DNA of 64,000 nucleotides from Macrostomum lignano (Eukaryota): NCBI GenBank assembly GCA_002269645.1, contig NIVC01000882.1, positions 310,001 to 374,000 of the forward strand, read 5' to 3'. Shown piece by piece: positions 40,472 to 50,318 of this stretch (position 1 is its first letter; each line of letters starts with the position of its first letter). The notes under the pieces were generated by a model. It saw only the letters and a program-made list of their open reading frames with translations, ran no database searches and was not told where the DNA came from. The position numbers and the translations under genes were made by a program.

Positions 40472-43400
40472 TTAAGGTGCTAAATATTTCGCGTAGCGCC
40501 TTCGGGGCACAAATCCTGTCGCGCCTTCTCTTTCTCTCCTTCGCTGAGTCATCCTAAAGTTATACCTATTCTCTGGCTGAACTCGTTCCTCCTCTAACTC
40601 TAATGCTCCTTCTTCTTCTTCTGATGGCTCATCTGAGTCAGTCGCTCTCTCTGTATTTTCACTGTTTACTTCTTCATTTCCTTCGTTTTCACTCTGCGAA
40701 TTCGGATCTGCGAATACTCTCCATTGAATTCTGTTTTCTTCGTCTGAGCTTTCCTCCTCTAAAATTTGAACTTCTGGAATTCTAACTTCTTTTTGTCTAT
40801 GGCAAATTCTTTTCTTCGGCTTCGGCTGTTCTTTCTTCTTAGTTGGCACTGGTGCTGGTTTTAAATTATTATTAATTTCCTCTGGTAAATCAATTTCGGA
40901 TTTCGGCACTGGAGTCAGATTATTTCTATGTACTAATAGTTTTTCTCCGCTCCTTTCGCCATTGATTTCTCTTTGCACACGGAAAACTGTATCAGATATC
41001 TTCGCAAGAACTCGATAGGCTGCTCTTTTCTTTCGATGAAATTTGTGGCTCTCCTCTTGGTGAAGTTGAGGATTGTTGATGAGAGCGAGACAGCCAACTG
41101 GCACATTTTTAGGCTGACGATTCTCAACTTCGTCCTCTTGCCTTTTCTCTCGCACCTTTTCGAGTTGTCTTCGCACAATTGCTTTTGTCTCCTCGATTCT
41201 CTTCGCATGATCCAGCACATAGCTAGGATAGTCTCGGTATAGTCTTGGCCTTTTCACAATGCTATCTATTGGCAAATCTGCTTCTCTCCCGAATAGTAAG
41301 TAGTGTGGTGTGAACCCAGTAGTTTGATTAACACTGGTTCGCACAGCTACCAGAGCGGCGGGTATGAGCAGATCCCAATCTGAATGATCCTTTTCAATCA
41401 AACAGGTTACAATCGATTTAATTTGCTTGTTAAATCTTTCGACAAGCCCGTTACTCTGAGCATGGTAAGGCGTAGTGCAAGTATGCTTAATGCCGTATAG
41501 GGTACAGAATGCCTGAAATTGGTGACTTACAAAAGTCTTGCCATTATCAGTGTGTATCCATTGACACTGGCCATACTCGCTGAAAATTCTCTCTTGTATC
41601 GTTTTGATAACAGTCGCGGATTTCTGATTCCGAACCGGAAAAGCGAATGGGAACTTTGTTGTACTATCTACGACAGTAAGTACATATCGGTGTCCTCTTC
41701 TGCTTTCCTTTGATATTGGACCGATCAAATCTATGTGCAGCCGATGAAATGGCTCGCATATCGGAAAGGTCTGCACCGGTGCTCGTACTTTATTTCCGCT
41801 TTTACTTTCCAGACACGGGATGCATTCTGCGATGTACTTTTCAACTGCAGTCACTAACCCCGGCCTCCAGAATCGGTCTCGGACTCGCTGTAGCGTCTTG
41901 TCCCGACCTAGGTGGCCTGCTAGCGGACTGTCATGCAGCTCTTTGAATACATCTTTCTCAATCCTTTCTGGCAATACTACTTTCCGTTTACCGTCTTCAC
42001 TGACTGTCAGCATTTCATCTTCGATTTTCATCTGCTCGTAGAACTTAACCATCTTCTTCAACTCTCCGGATGCATTTTCTGGCAACTTCGGCTCACGCAC
42101 TTTCTTCTGCTTCCAGTCCATCAAGGTTCTTATAGAAGGATCAGCATGCTGCGCTGAAGTCAGCTGCTCTTTCTTCAATGGAACCGAGAGGTAATCTGTC
42201 AGAAGCTTTCTGCACACTGTCTCTTCCTCTTCGAAATAGTCTCTTGCATCTTCATAGATGTCATCATCATCTTCGAACTGATCACTGGCATCTTCGTATT
42301 CATCATCTGCGAATTCGTCTTCGGAATCTGATTCATACTCTTCTGTGAAGTCGGTCTGGCAACTCTGATCTTTCACGCTGTTAGTCACGACTTGTTTCAC
42401 AGCGCTGGTTTCTATTGTCATCTTAGGAATTTCGGCCTCATTCTCTTTGATCTTAGCATCTTTCTGTTCAACTGGTGGTTCCGAGGGTCGCCGTGACAAT
42501 CCATCTGCGTTGGAATGTTTGGCTCCACTGCGGTGCTCAATATCGTATTGAAACTCACTCAGTCTTTCAATCCATCTTCCGAGAATTCCTTGGGCTTCGG
42601 TCTGGCGCAGTAACCATAGAATTGCCTTGTGGTCTGTGCGGGCCAGAAACCTTTTGCCAATTAGGTAAAATCGGAAGTGTTTCATGCCATCTACTAGCGC
42701 TAATAGCTCTTTTCTGGTAATCGGATATCTTTTCTCAGACTCTTTCATTGCTCTGCTGAAGTAAGCAATGGGTCTTTCAACCCCGTCCGATTGTATTTGA
42801 CCCAGGCAAGCACCAATTCGGTCTTCGCTTGCGTCGGTGTCTAATACCATTCGAACATTCTCGTTCTCTGAGAATTCTGGGTACGCGAGTACTTCGGTCG
42901 ATGTCATTCTCTGCTTCAACTGCTGGAAAGCCTCGTCATGTTTCTTGGTCCACTTTTCCCTAAAGTTTTGAATACCTTTCTTAGTTAATTGAAATAGCGG
43001 ATGCGCTGCCTCTGCGTAATTCTTTACAAATCTGCAGTAGTAGTTACACAACCCCAAGAAGCTTCGCAGTTCTTTGACCTCTTTCGGCGTAGGCCATGAC
43101 TGTATCGCTTCGATCTTAGCTGGGTCTGTTCTAATCCCTTCTCTTCCTACGATATGCCCTAAGTACTTTAGCTCTTTCTGAAACAAGTTGCACTTTTTTG
43201 GTCTTAATTTTAGTCCTGCTGAGATTAGTCTTTGAAATACTTCTTGCAGATGACCGAGATGATCTTCGAATTTCTCTGAGTATGTCACAATATCATCTAT
43301 GTACGACATTGCGAATTTGTGCTGTATTCCCATCAGCACCAAATTCATGAGTCTCTGGAATGTACCAGGAGCGTTAGACAAGCCCTGTGCCATGACCTGA

Positions 43401-44983
43401 TATTCGAACTGGCCTCTGGTAAGGGTGGAAAAGGCTGTCATAAATTTGTGCTCCTCTTTGATAGGTACCTGCCAGTATCCAGAGTTTAAATCTAGACTAC
43501 TGAAGTACTTGCTTCCAGATAACTGAGCGAAAGTCTCTTGTATGTTCGGTAATGGATATGGGTAATAGTTCACTCTCGAATTCAGGACCCTGAAGTCACT
43601 GACGATTCTTATGGATCCATCCTTCTTAGGAACTATCACTAGCGGCGTCGAATAAGTACTATAGCACGGTCGGATCAGGTTCTTAGCAAGCATGTCGTCA
43701 AGTTGCTCATCTACTTGCTTTTGCAGATGTGGTGGAATTCTGCGTGTTGGAATCCTGACCGGTGTGGTATCTTTTAGAGATATTTCATGAGTCACAAGAT
43801 GGGTGAGACCCATGTCTTGGTTGGTCTGCGAAAATGCTTCCTTGTTCTTCTTTAGCAAATCGATCACTAGTCCTTTCTGTTCTGATGTTAGCTCTTCTCC
43901 TAAATCGATCTCGTTTATCCAGCTGTACTCACTCTCTTCACTCTTCACTGTCCTAATTGTATCATCTGAACTGGCTTGACCTTTGCTGTTAATAGAGTAG
44001 GCCAGGCCTCCTGGCTTCAAGGGTTTGGCCACTCCAATCAGCGTAGATCTTGTCAGTCTGATATCGTCATTCTGTCGATTGATTATTTCCACTACTCCTG
44101 TTCCATCGTTCATGGTCACTAGAGTAGGAATCATCTCTAAGGAATTTCTCTTCGTAGTCACTTGGCCTCCAATGGTGTCAATGACCATTGGCGTTCCATA
44201 GTTGGCTTCTGATCCTTTAGTCATTCTAATTGGAATTCGAAGAGCGCTATTCGCTGGTATAGTCACGCTGTTATGGCTGTAGATTCGGCAAACCCGTACG
44301 GGTAATTTTGTAAACTGAATTGGGATGCAGGTTCCTTCTTTTAATACAAGCATTCCTCTGGAAAGGCTGATGCTGTCGCAGAAGTTCATGAAGAACTCCA
44401 TCCCGAGTATGTCGTCACACTCGTGATTGCACAGCAGGAACTCTGTCTCAATCTCTATCTCTCCGAATCGTATTTTCGTTCTGACTTCTCCTTCAATTCG
44501 CACACTTGATCCGTCAAACGTAGTCACTCTTCGAGTAGTCAACTCAATTTCATCACTTCTGAACATCTTTTTCCAAGTACTCTTGCTTAGGAAATTATGT
44601 CCAGCTCCTGTGTCTAGCAAGAAGTAGACCTTTCGGTTTCTTAGCATTCCATTGACGACTGCTTCTCGTCCTTTTCTCTCCGTATCTTCTTCGAATTCTC
44701 TCTTCGAATGCTCATTCGGAATTACTGTACTTTGTACTTTATTATTCGGCCTACTGTGGCTAGCAGACGCATGACTAGGTGCAAGCGGCATATGTACACG
44801 AGGTGCAAAATTTTTATTTGGTTTTCTGTGAAATTTATTGAATTCGGCATGCGTTCTGCTGTTACTATACTGTCTGGCATTACTTCGATACGCATTATTT
44901 ACAAATTCAGAGGCCTGAAATTCGCGATAATTGTTGCTAGAGGGACGTGGCCTCGCAAAGCGGCCCTCGCTACTCAGTTTCCC
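40472..44983 (-). CDS. pol: Pol polyprotein (protease, RT, RNase H, integrase), entered by -1 frameshift from gag
   Basis: FLLDTGAG, YIDDI, LDTDAS, HDSPLAGH...C..C, HIDLIGP, HTDNG, NGLVERFN; the pol frame stays open from 44791 back past the gag stop. Confidence 0.97.
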   Translation of the reverse strand, partial: GKLSSEGRFARPRPSSNNYREFQASEFVNNAYRSNARQYSNSRTHAEFNKFHRKPNKNFAPRVHMPLAPSHASASHSRPNNKVQSTVIPNEHSKREFEEDTERKGREAVVNGMLRNRKVYFLLDTGAGHNFLSKSTWKKMFRSDEIELTTRRVTTFDGSSVRIEGEVRTKIRFGEIEIETEFLLCNHECDDILGMEFFMNFCDSISLSRGMLVLKEGTCIPIQFTKLPVRVCRIYSHNSVTIPANSALRIPIRMTKGSEANYGTPMVIDTIGGQVTTKRNSLEMIPTLVTMNDGTGVVEIINRQNDDIRLTRSTLIGVAKPLKPGGLAYSINSKGQASSDDTIRTVKSEESEYSWINEIDLGEELTSEQKGLVIDLLKKNKEAFSQTNQDMGLTHLVTHEISLKDTTPVRIPTRRIPPHLQKQVDEQLDDMLAKNLIRPCYSTYSTPLVIVPKKDGSIRIVSDFRVLNSRVNYYPYPLPNIQETFAQLSGSKYFSSLDLNSGYWQVPIKEEHKFMTAFSTLTRGQFEYQVMAQGLSNAPGTFQRLMNLVLMGIQHKFAMSYIDDIVTYSEKFEDHLGHLQEVFQRLISAGLKLRPKKCNLFQKELKYLGHIVGREGIRTDPAKIEAIQSWPTPKEVKELRSFLGLCNYYCRFVKNYAEAAHPLFQLTKKGIQNFREKWTKKHDEAFQQLKQRMTSTEVLAYPEFSENENVRMVLDTDASEDRIGACLGQIQSDGVERPIAYFSRAMKESEKRYPITRKELLALVDGMKHFRFYLIGKRFLARTDHKAILWLLRQTEAQGILGRWIERLSEFQYDIEHRSGAKHSNADGLSRRPSEPPVEQKDAKIKENEAEIPKMTIETSAVKQVVTNSVKDQSCQTDFTEEYESDSEDEFADDEYEDASDQFEDDDDIYEDARDYFEEEETVCRKLLTDYLSVPLKKEQLTSAQHADPSIRTLMDWKQKKVREPKLPENASGELKKMVKFYEQMKIEDEMLTVSEDGKRKVVLPERIEKDVFKELHDSPLAGHLGRDKTLQRVRDRFWRPGLVTAVEKYIAECIPCLESKSGNKVRAPVQTFPICEPFHRLHIDLIGPISKESRRGHRYVLTVVDSTTKFPFAFPVRNQKSATVIKTIQERIFSEYGQCQWIHTDNGKTFVSHQFQAFCTLYGIKHTCTTPYHAQSNGLVERFNKQIKSIVTCLIEKDHSDWDLLIPAALVAVRTSVNQTTGFTPHYLLFGREADLPIDSIVKRPRLYRDYPSYVLDHAKRIEETKAIVRRQLEKVREKRQEDEVENRQPKNVPVGCLALINNPQLHQEESHKFHRKKRAAYRVLAKISDTVFRVQREINGERSGEKLLVHRNNLTPVPKSEIDLPEEINNNLKPAPVPTKKKEQPKPKKRICHRQKEVRIPEVQILEEESSDEENRIQWRVFADPNSQSENEGNEEVNSENTERATDSDEPSEEEEGALELEEERVQPENRYNFRMTQRRREREGATGFVPRRRYAKYLAP
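44935..44983 (-). promoter_or_regulatory. -1 programmed ribosomal frameshift signal: G GGA AAC slippery site (44983-44977) plus downstream GC-rich stem-loop
   Basis: X XXY YYZ heptamer in the gag frame directly before TGA; pol is in the -1 frame; GAGGG/CCCTC stem enclosing a GGCC..GGCC hairpin follows. Confidence 0.85.
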
Positions 44984-45978
44984 TGCTGCTTCTGGTAGTC
45001 CATCACTCGCTGACCGTTTGGCCTAGCGCTCTGGCAATTCCTCGCCATGTGGCCAAGCTTCCCGCAATTGTAGCAGGCTCGAGGCTGCTGCTGTTGCTGT
45101 GGCTGCCTGTTGAACTGAGGCTGACCGCGCCATACTGGCTGCTGCTGCTGCTGCTGCTGCGGCCGATATCTCGGCTGCTGCGGCGGTCCAGCGACCTGAG
45201 CGTACGTTTGATATTGATTCTGCGGATGATACTGCTGACGGCTAGCTCTCTTCTCTTCCATCAGCTCCTCAATCGCCTTCTTCTGTTGCTCTAACTCTGC
45301 TCTCTGCTTCTTGATGATGTCCTCAAGCTTTTCCTGATCTGCCTTCTGCTCACTCTCGCCTTCGCCTTTGGCCATTCTCATGTTGACATTCTTGTGAGAC
45401 ATGTTCCACGCAGCCTCCATCCTTCTTAGCATTCTTCTAGCCTCTTGTAAATTGCCTGGCTGCGCAAAGATTAGCTTCTCACGGGTCTCTGACGGAATTC
45501 TGATTCCCTTGATGAATTGCTCAACAATTTCTTCTTCCCTTTGCTCAACCGTCATATTCGGAAATGCACGCGATGCCAGCTCGATCAAACAGTCTGCGAA
45601 AGTCTCTACAGGCTCATTTCTGCCTTGCATTCTTCCACGAAACTCCTCTCTGAATTCTGCGGAACTACCGATTCTTCCGAATCGCTCAATCAGTCGCTCT
45701 TTGAACTCTTCGTATTCAAGATCCTCGGGCAGATTTAGGCGCTGTACCGCTGCGAATGCAGTGGACAGGTCCAGATTAGCTAGCAATTCCTGCTTCCTAT
45801 GTTCCTCATCTATCCCTTCTACTTCACAGCGCTGATCGAAGGCTGTTAGCCAGATCCGAATGTCTTGCGTAGGTGTGAATTTCTGAATCTTAACGTGTCT
45901 CATCGGCCCTATCTCTAGTCGGTTTCGCAATTCTTCTGCCAGCATGGCGATGGCATCATTAGCCTGATTCTGATTCAT
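44974..45978 (-). CDS. gag: Gag with CCHC zinc knuckle
   Basis: CYNCGKLGHMARNC; capsid-like IRIWL..F....YEEFKERLIERFG. Confidence 0.95.
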   Translation of the reverse strand: MNQNQANDAIAMLAEELRNRLEIGPMRHVKIQKFTPTQDIRIWLTAFDQRCEVEGIDEEHRKQELLANLDLSTAFAAVQRLNLPEDLEYEEFKERLIERFGRIGSSAEFREEFRGRMQGRNEPVETFADCLIELASRAFPNMTVEQREEEIVEQFIKGIRIPSETREKLIFAQPGNLQEARRMLRRMEAAWNMSHKNVNMRMAKGEGESEQKADQEKLEDIIKKQRAELEQQKKAIEELMEEKRASRQQYHPQNQYQTYAQVAGPPQQPRYRPQQQQQQQPVWRGQPQFNRQPQQQQQPRACYNCGKLGHMARNCQSARPNGQRVMDYQKQQGN

Positions 45979-46058
45979 CTTCTCTCTATGAAAAACTTTT
46001 CAAATTATTCTTCGGAATTCTTCTGAATCTAGTTTTAAGAGTTCGCGCCGTTTCTCTA

Positions 46059-46077
46059 ATCCTTACCGCTGCCACCA
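46059..46077 (-). promoter_or_regulatory. Primer binding site, tRNA-Leu type (TGGTGGCAGCGGTAAGGAT)
   Basis: 2 nt from the 5' LTR end; resembles the complement of the tRNA-Leu 3' end (...CCGCUGCCACCA). Confidence 0.85.
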
Positions 46078-46079
46078 GC

Positions 46080-46823
46080 TGTGACAGGCCTTTTGGCTCT
46101 GTCTTTCTAAACTTCTAACTATTAGTGTTTATTAAATATCCTACGAGCTGCCACCAAAGTTGTTACAGGCCTTTCACCTCTTACTTTATCAATTTTAATC
46201 CCACCGATTTGCCAACTACAGTTATCCTGATTATACTTGCTTTTACTCCCTAACTATTTCTTAGAATTTCATTTAAATATTTCTGGGTAGCGTTCTTAGT
46301 AGCGTTTCTGGTAGCTTATGGCTTGCTTTCTGGTAGCGTTCTAGTAGCTTATGGCCTGAGCGGTCTAGTACTGGTATATGTATTAGTGTATAGTCCTAAT
46401 CGGGCGTTCACCGAGACTAGAGGGTCACGGCGCCTCTCTTGGTATATCTCCAAGAATTAGTCCCAATTCCCTTCTCTTAGCAAATTTCTTAGAATCGTTT
46501 CACAGGTTTTGCAAATAAATAAGTCGCTATTTAGCTCAAAGACTTTGAAATGGTTTAGATTGAACTGCTTATTCTGTTCGCAATTATTTGCTCACGAGTA
46601 AAAGACAGTTGGAGTATATTTGTCGCGAAACCACTCCTATATATAGTGATTTCCCCCACATACGATTAAAACAAAAAAATAATTCTCCAATTTATTTCGC
46701 GCATTAAAACAAACTATTATTTGGCGTTCGCGTAGATTCAGTTTCTAAGAAAGATTCGAATATACAGTTATTACATTGAAAGAACATTCGAGTATACTAT
46801 GATAAAGGCATAGCACTAGTACA
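46080..46823 (-). repeat. 5' LTR
   Basis: Matches 38170-38913. Confidence 0.97.
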
Positions 46824-47280
46824 GTATAAATCTTGAGTCTCAAAAATCTTGAAATTGTGACATTGTCCAACCTCTATTGAAATGTTGTACATTCAAAAAA
46901 ATTGAAATATCTAATATTAATTATGCCTAATAATTAAGAAATATTCTATATATTATATATTATATAAATATTCTATAAACTATAAATTTAAATAATGTAT
47001 AAACATTGTCTATAAGCATATAACTTCTATGTTTCTGAAAGTTTCACTTGAAATATTAGTATTTTATTATAACTTTAATTTTTAGCAAATTTTTTTTGAT
47101 AAAAAATATCCTACTTTTAAATTTGGCATGATAAATTTGAACCTAGGATACCAAATGATTTTGAAATTTGTCACTTATAGAACCAAGGCCTAATTTATCT
47201 AAGTTATTTGTTAAATAGTCTAGAATATTTATTAGCTCATATGAATATAAATCTGATCAGCATAAAATGTCAATGTTTAG

Positions 47281-47627
47281 GGGGGGGGCATAGCCTAGTG
47301 TTCTAGTCTGACACTCTGATGTGTTGCAGCCCAGACTTGATTCCAAGTGCAGTCACATTAATTTGGGGCTAAATTGGAATCTTGGCTTGGATCTGCTCAT
47401 GCAATTAATGTCCTTGTAGGCCAACCCCCAAGGCACAGTGAAGTGTGCATGCTTGACAATAAATAAAATCAGGGCCGCTGTGCACTCCTGTGTGAGTGTT
47501 TGCCTGTGCGTGTGACTGCATACATATCCACAGACTTGTGTGCCTGCTCAGGGGAGTCGGCAGAATGAGTAATAATGCCTCTCGCTGGTTGTGACAAAGT
47601 CGCTCAAAGTGCACCAGGATGCAACAG
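47281..47627 (+). mobile_element. SINE family B copy, CpG-decayed
   Basis: Colinear with 27139-27500; many CG to TG/CA changes. Confidence 0.85.
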
Positions 47628-47819
47628 CTCATCTATCTTTAACTATCTAAAAAACATCAATGCAGGCTTTTTATTTGTAAACCAATGAAAGAGAGAAGGT
47701 AACTTTAACACTTTTTATAGCCAATGCTACAACAAACTAGAGTTGGAAATTTAGATTTTTTGGATAACCAAGTTGCAGAAAAATGTGTACAAACATTGCA
47801 GCAAATTGATTGCTAAGCC

Positions 47820-48017
47820 ATGTTTGGCCAAGTTGCTAGGCGCGCCTTTTCTACTAGCGTTGTCCGCCAATCAGAGTCGTTCGGCTTCGGCTCCTCGCTG
47901 CCATTCAACGTCAAGAACAAGACCCGCCTGTCAATCAACATGCTGCTGTACACCATGACCGGCTTCGGGGCTCCCCTGTTCGCCGGCTGGTGGCAGCTCA
48001 AGAAGAAGCGCCTGTAG
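47820..48017 (+). CDS. COX7C: Cytochrome c oxidase subunit VIIc, intronless
   Basis: MFGQVARRAFSTSVVR...LPFNVKNK...LY...FGAPLF...QLKK aligns with COX7C (MLGQSIRRFTTSVVRR...NLPFSVENK...FATPF...QLLK). Confidence 0.92.
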   Translation: MFGQVARRAFSTSVVRQSESFGFGSSLPFNVKNKTRLSINMLLYTMTGFGAPLFAGWWQLKKKRL

Positions 48018-48652
48018 AATCAGTCAGATGCTGCTTTGAGAGCGCAACTCAGTGCTGACCATTTTAAAGAAACCTGTGGCGTTCAAATAAACTCAAATAG
48101 ACCCTCCCTACCTGTTAAGCACGTTTTGTTAACAACACTGTCGTCTTACTATAAGTAGAAAGTAGCAAGAAAACTTGAAAAACATTATTAATTATTCCAT
48201 CACATCACAACAGCCACCCCACTTGTCTCCCTGCAAAAATGAACTTTAGTATTTGTAGTATTTTAGAAAGTTATAGAAAATCACCCAACCGCAACAGTTT
48301 ATATGCAGTTGATTTTAATTGTAGGAATGTCAACAACTCCGTCATTTTCAGTCCAATATAACCAAGAAATGCAGCGATTGAAAACTATAGCCAAATATGA
48401 GTTCCGTTATTTCATCGTCTTTTACTTATTTTTTCCGACTGAATAATTATTAGCAGAGTTTGTCACCTTTAGTACGCAGTTGATATCGAAATTTCTATTC
48501 CACTAGTATTAAAGTTATCGGTTGAATTATTTATTTATGGTATTCAATACATCTGACCATCGCAAACTTGTATTTGGAGTAATGTAAATTTACTTCACCA
48601 ATTTGCTGCAGTATGTTTTAATGTGTATTGATGCAGTCAATCCAAAGTCAGC

Positions 48653-48964
48653 TTAATAGGTCTTGCAATTGTTGAACACGCACACGCGGCAACTGTTAGA
48701 ATCTTTGATGCACTCGCTTGTCACGTGATGCAGGTCGCTAATGGAGCCCACCAGAGTTGAGCAGCTGTTCCCATTGACGCACACCTTTGTTAGGCAGGGC
48801 TGGTCAGGCCTGGCTTGGTTGCAGGTGATTTTTGTGGTAACGGAACAGCGGCAGTGCGGGTTCCTCAGCGAAGGTCCGTATAATTCAATTAGCGTCGCTG
48901 CTGTCCAGCCGGAAGTCGCTAACAGCAGGCACGTTGTCATGACAACAAGAGGTAGTGTCGCCAT
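48653..48964 (-). CDS. Small secreted cysteine-rich protein, LU/three-finger-like, intronless
   Basis: Signal peptide MATLPLVVMTTCLLLATSGWTAA; 10 Cys in the mature region ending CRVCVFNNC; no GPI tail. Confidence 0.7.
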   Translation of the reverse strand: MATLPLVVMTTCLLLATSGWTAATLIELYGPSLRNPHCRCSVTTKITCNQARPDQPCLTKVCVNGNSCSTLVGSISDLHHVTSECIKDSNSCRVCVFNNCKTY

Positions 48965-49711
48965 TTGAAGTTATTGTACACGTTAAGTCTAGACGTCGCA
49001 TTAACTTTGGAGTCTTGTTAGAGCTAGGAAATAAGCAAAGCAGAACCTGGCTCTAAATAGGCAGACAAAGTCAACAGCCAAGTTTTTGTAATTGAGACTT
49101 TACGATTTTGATCTTCTTTTAAGATCAATAGTCTCAGCTCCAAGGACAAAAAAGTCAAATGGTTTTTTGCTTCTAGTATTGAATTACAGTTTCTCATAGC
49201 TGGAAAATATTTTCGTCGTCAGTAAAGCAACTGACTGATTGAAGAGTATTTTTTATTTTGAAATGAAGATTTATCTCACCAGGAGCAAGTTCCAGTCTGT
49301 GCAGATTAAGCGCTAAACACAAGTCTTTTCAATTAGCTCGTATAACATAGTTACTCTGTATCTGGTTTGTGAACGCTTTGAAAACACAGTCGATTGTACT
49401 GAAGTTGCAGGGCTCTGTGTGACTATTGATTCTGTGATGGTTGACTTTAACAATGTTTAGACGAGTTGTAGTCAGGATAAGCGTGTTGGAATGAGGTTGA
49501 ATCGCACAGCAGACCGCCCGCTGAGAATGTCTATGGCCAAAAGACCTTGATTCGGTGCAAAATCAGCGGACAGGCACGAAACGCGTTTCACACTCGCCGA
49601 GATTGTCTATGGTAAAATCCTCACTTGGCGCTGTGTTAACTTCAAAATAGCTCCTGTACGCATCAAAGCCCACCCACGCGCCGCCCGCTGACTGCATGCA
49701 CTGAATCAATA

Positions 49712-50251
49712 TATAGCTTTTGACATGCTAAATGAGAATTTGGCCAGGCTAGTTGAGACTCGCCGACTCGGCTATCTGCTGCATGCAGACACAGACAGAC
49801 AGCATCCACATGCATTGCCACCATAGACAGCCTGGCAAGCAAATTGAGAATGCAACACAGGAGAGAAGTTAAAGATGCGTGCTTGAGCCACTTTATTTGG
49901 TGTTGGTGCATAATGCAGAACTGTAAGAAAATCTGGAAACAGCGCAATGCGGAATGCAGCTCAGAATGCAGAAACCAGGAAACAGGACAGCGTAGAATGC
50001 AATGTTCAGAATAGCTGCATCGTCAGGCAACGACCCAGCCGGCGGAAGCTTTTCAGCTCCCATGCAGCATTTTGTATGCAGAGTAGGGTTACGAGCAAGG
50101 CGAAACAACAAAAAAGCGTGATTCTCAATTCGCGTGTCAAGTTCACAATTTGCTTGTCAAGCTATGGACCTATTTTGTGTCTGCATACAGCAGATAGCTG
50201 AGTCTCAACTAGCTTGGCCAAATTCTCATTTTTGGCATGTCAAAAGCTATA
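49712..50251. mobile_element. MITE with about 80-bp TIRs and probable TA TSD
   Basis: TATAGCTTTTGACATGC...GAGAATTTGGCCA.GCTAGTTGAGACTC...GCTATCTGCTG.ATGCAGACAC is mirrored at about 50175-50251. Confidence 0.8.
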
Positions 50252-50318
50252 ATACATACGTAGTCCTTTCCCTTTAGCCATAGACATTCACAGCGGGCTT
50301 CTTGCAGCACAGATTGTA

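Larger units (their letters stand above)
38170..46823 (-). mobile_element. Full-length Ty3/Gypsy LTR retrotransposon, 8654 bp
   Basis: Two 744-bp TG...CA LTRs; 4-bp TSD GTAT (38166-38169 and 46824-46827); PBS, PPT, gag, pol in PR-RT-RH-IN order, and ORF3. Confidence 0.98.
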
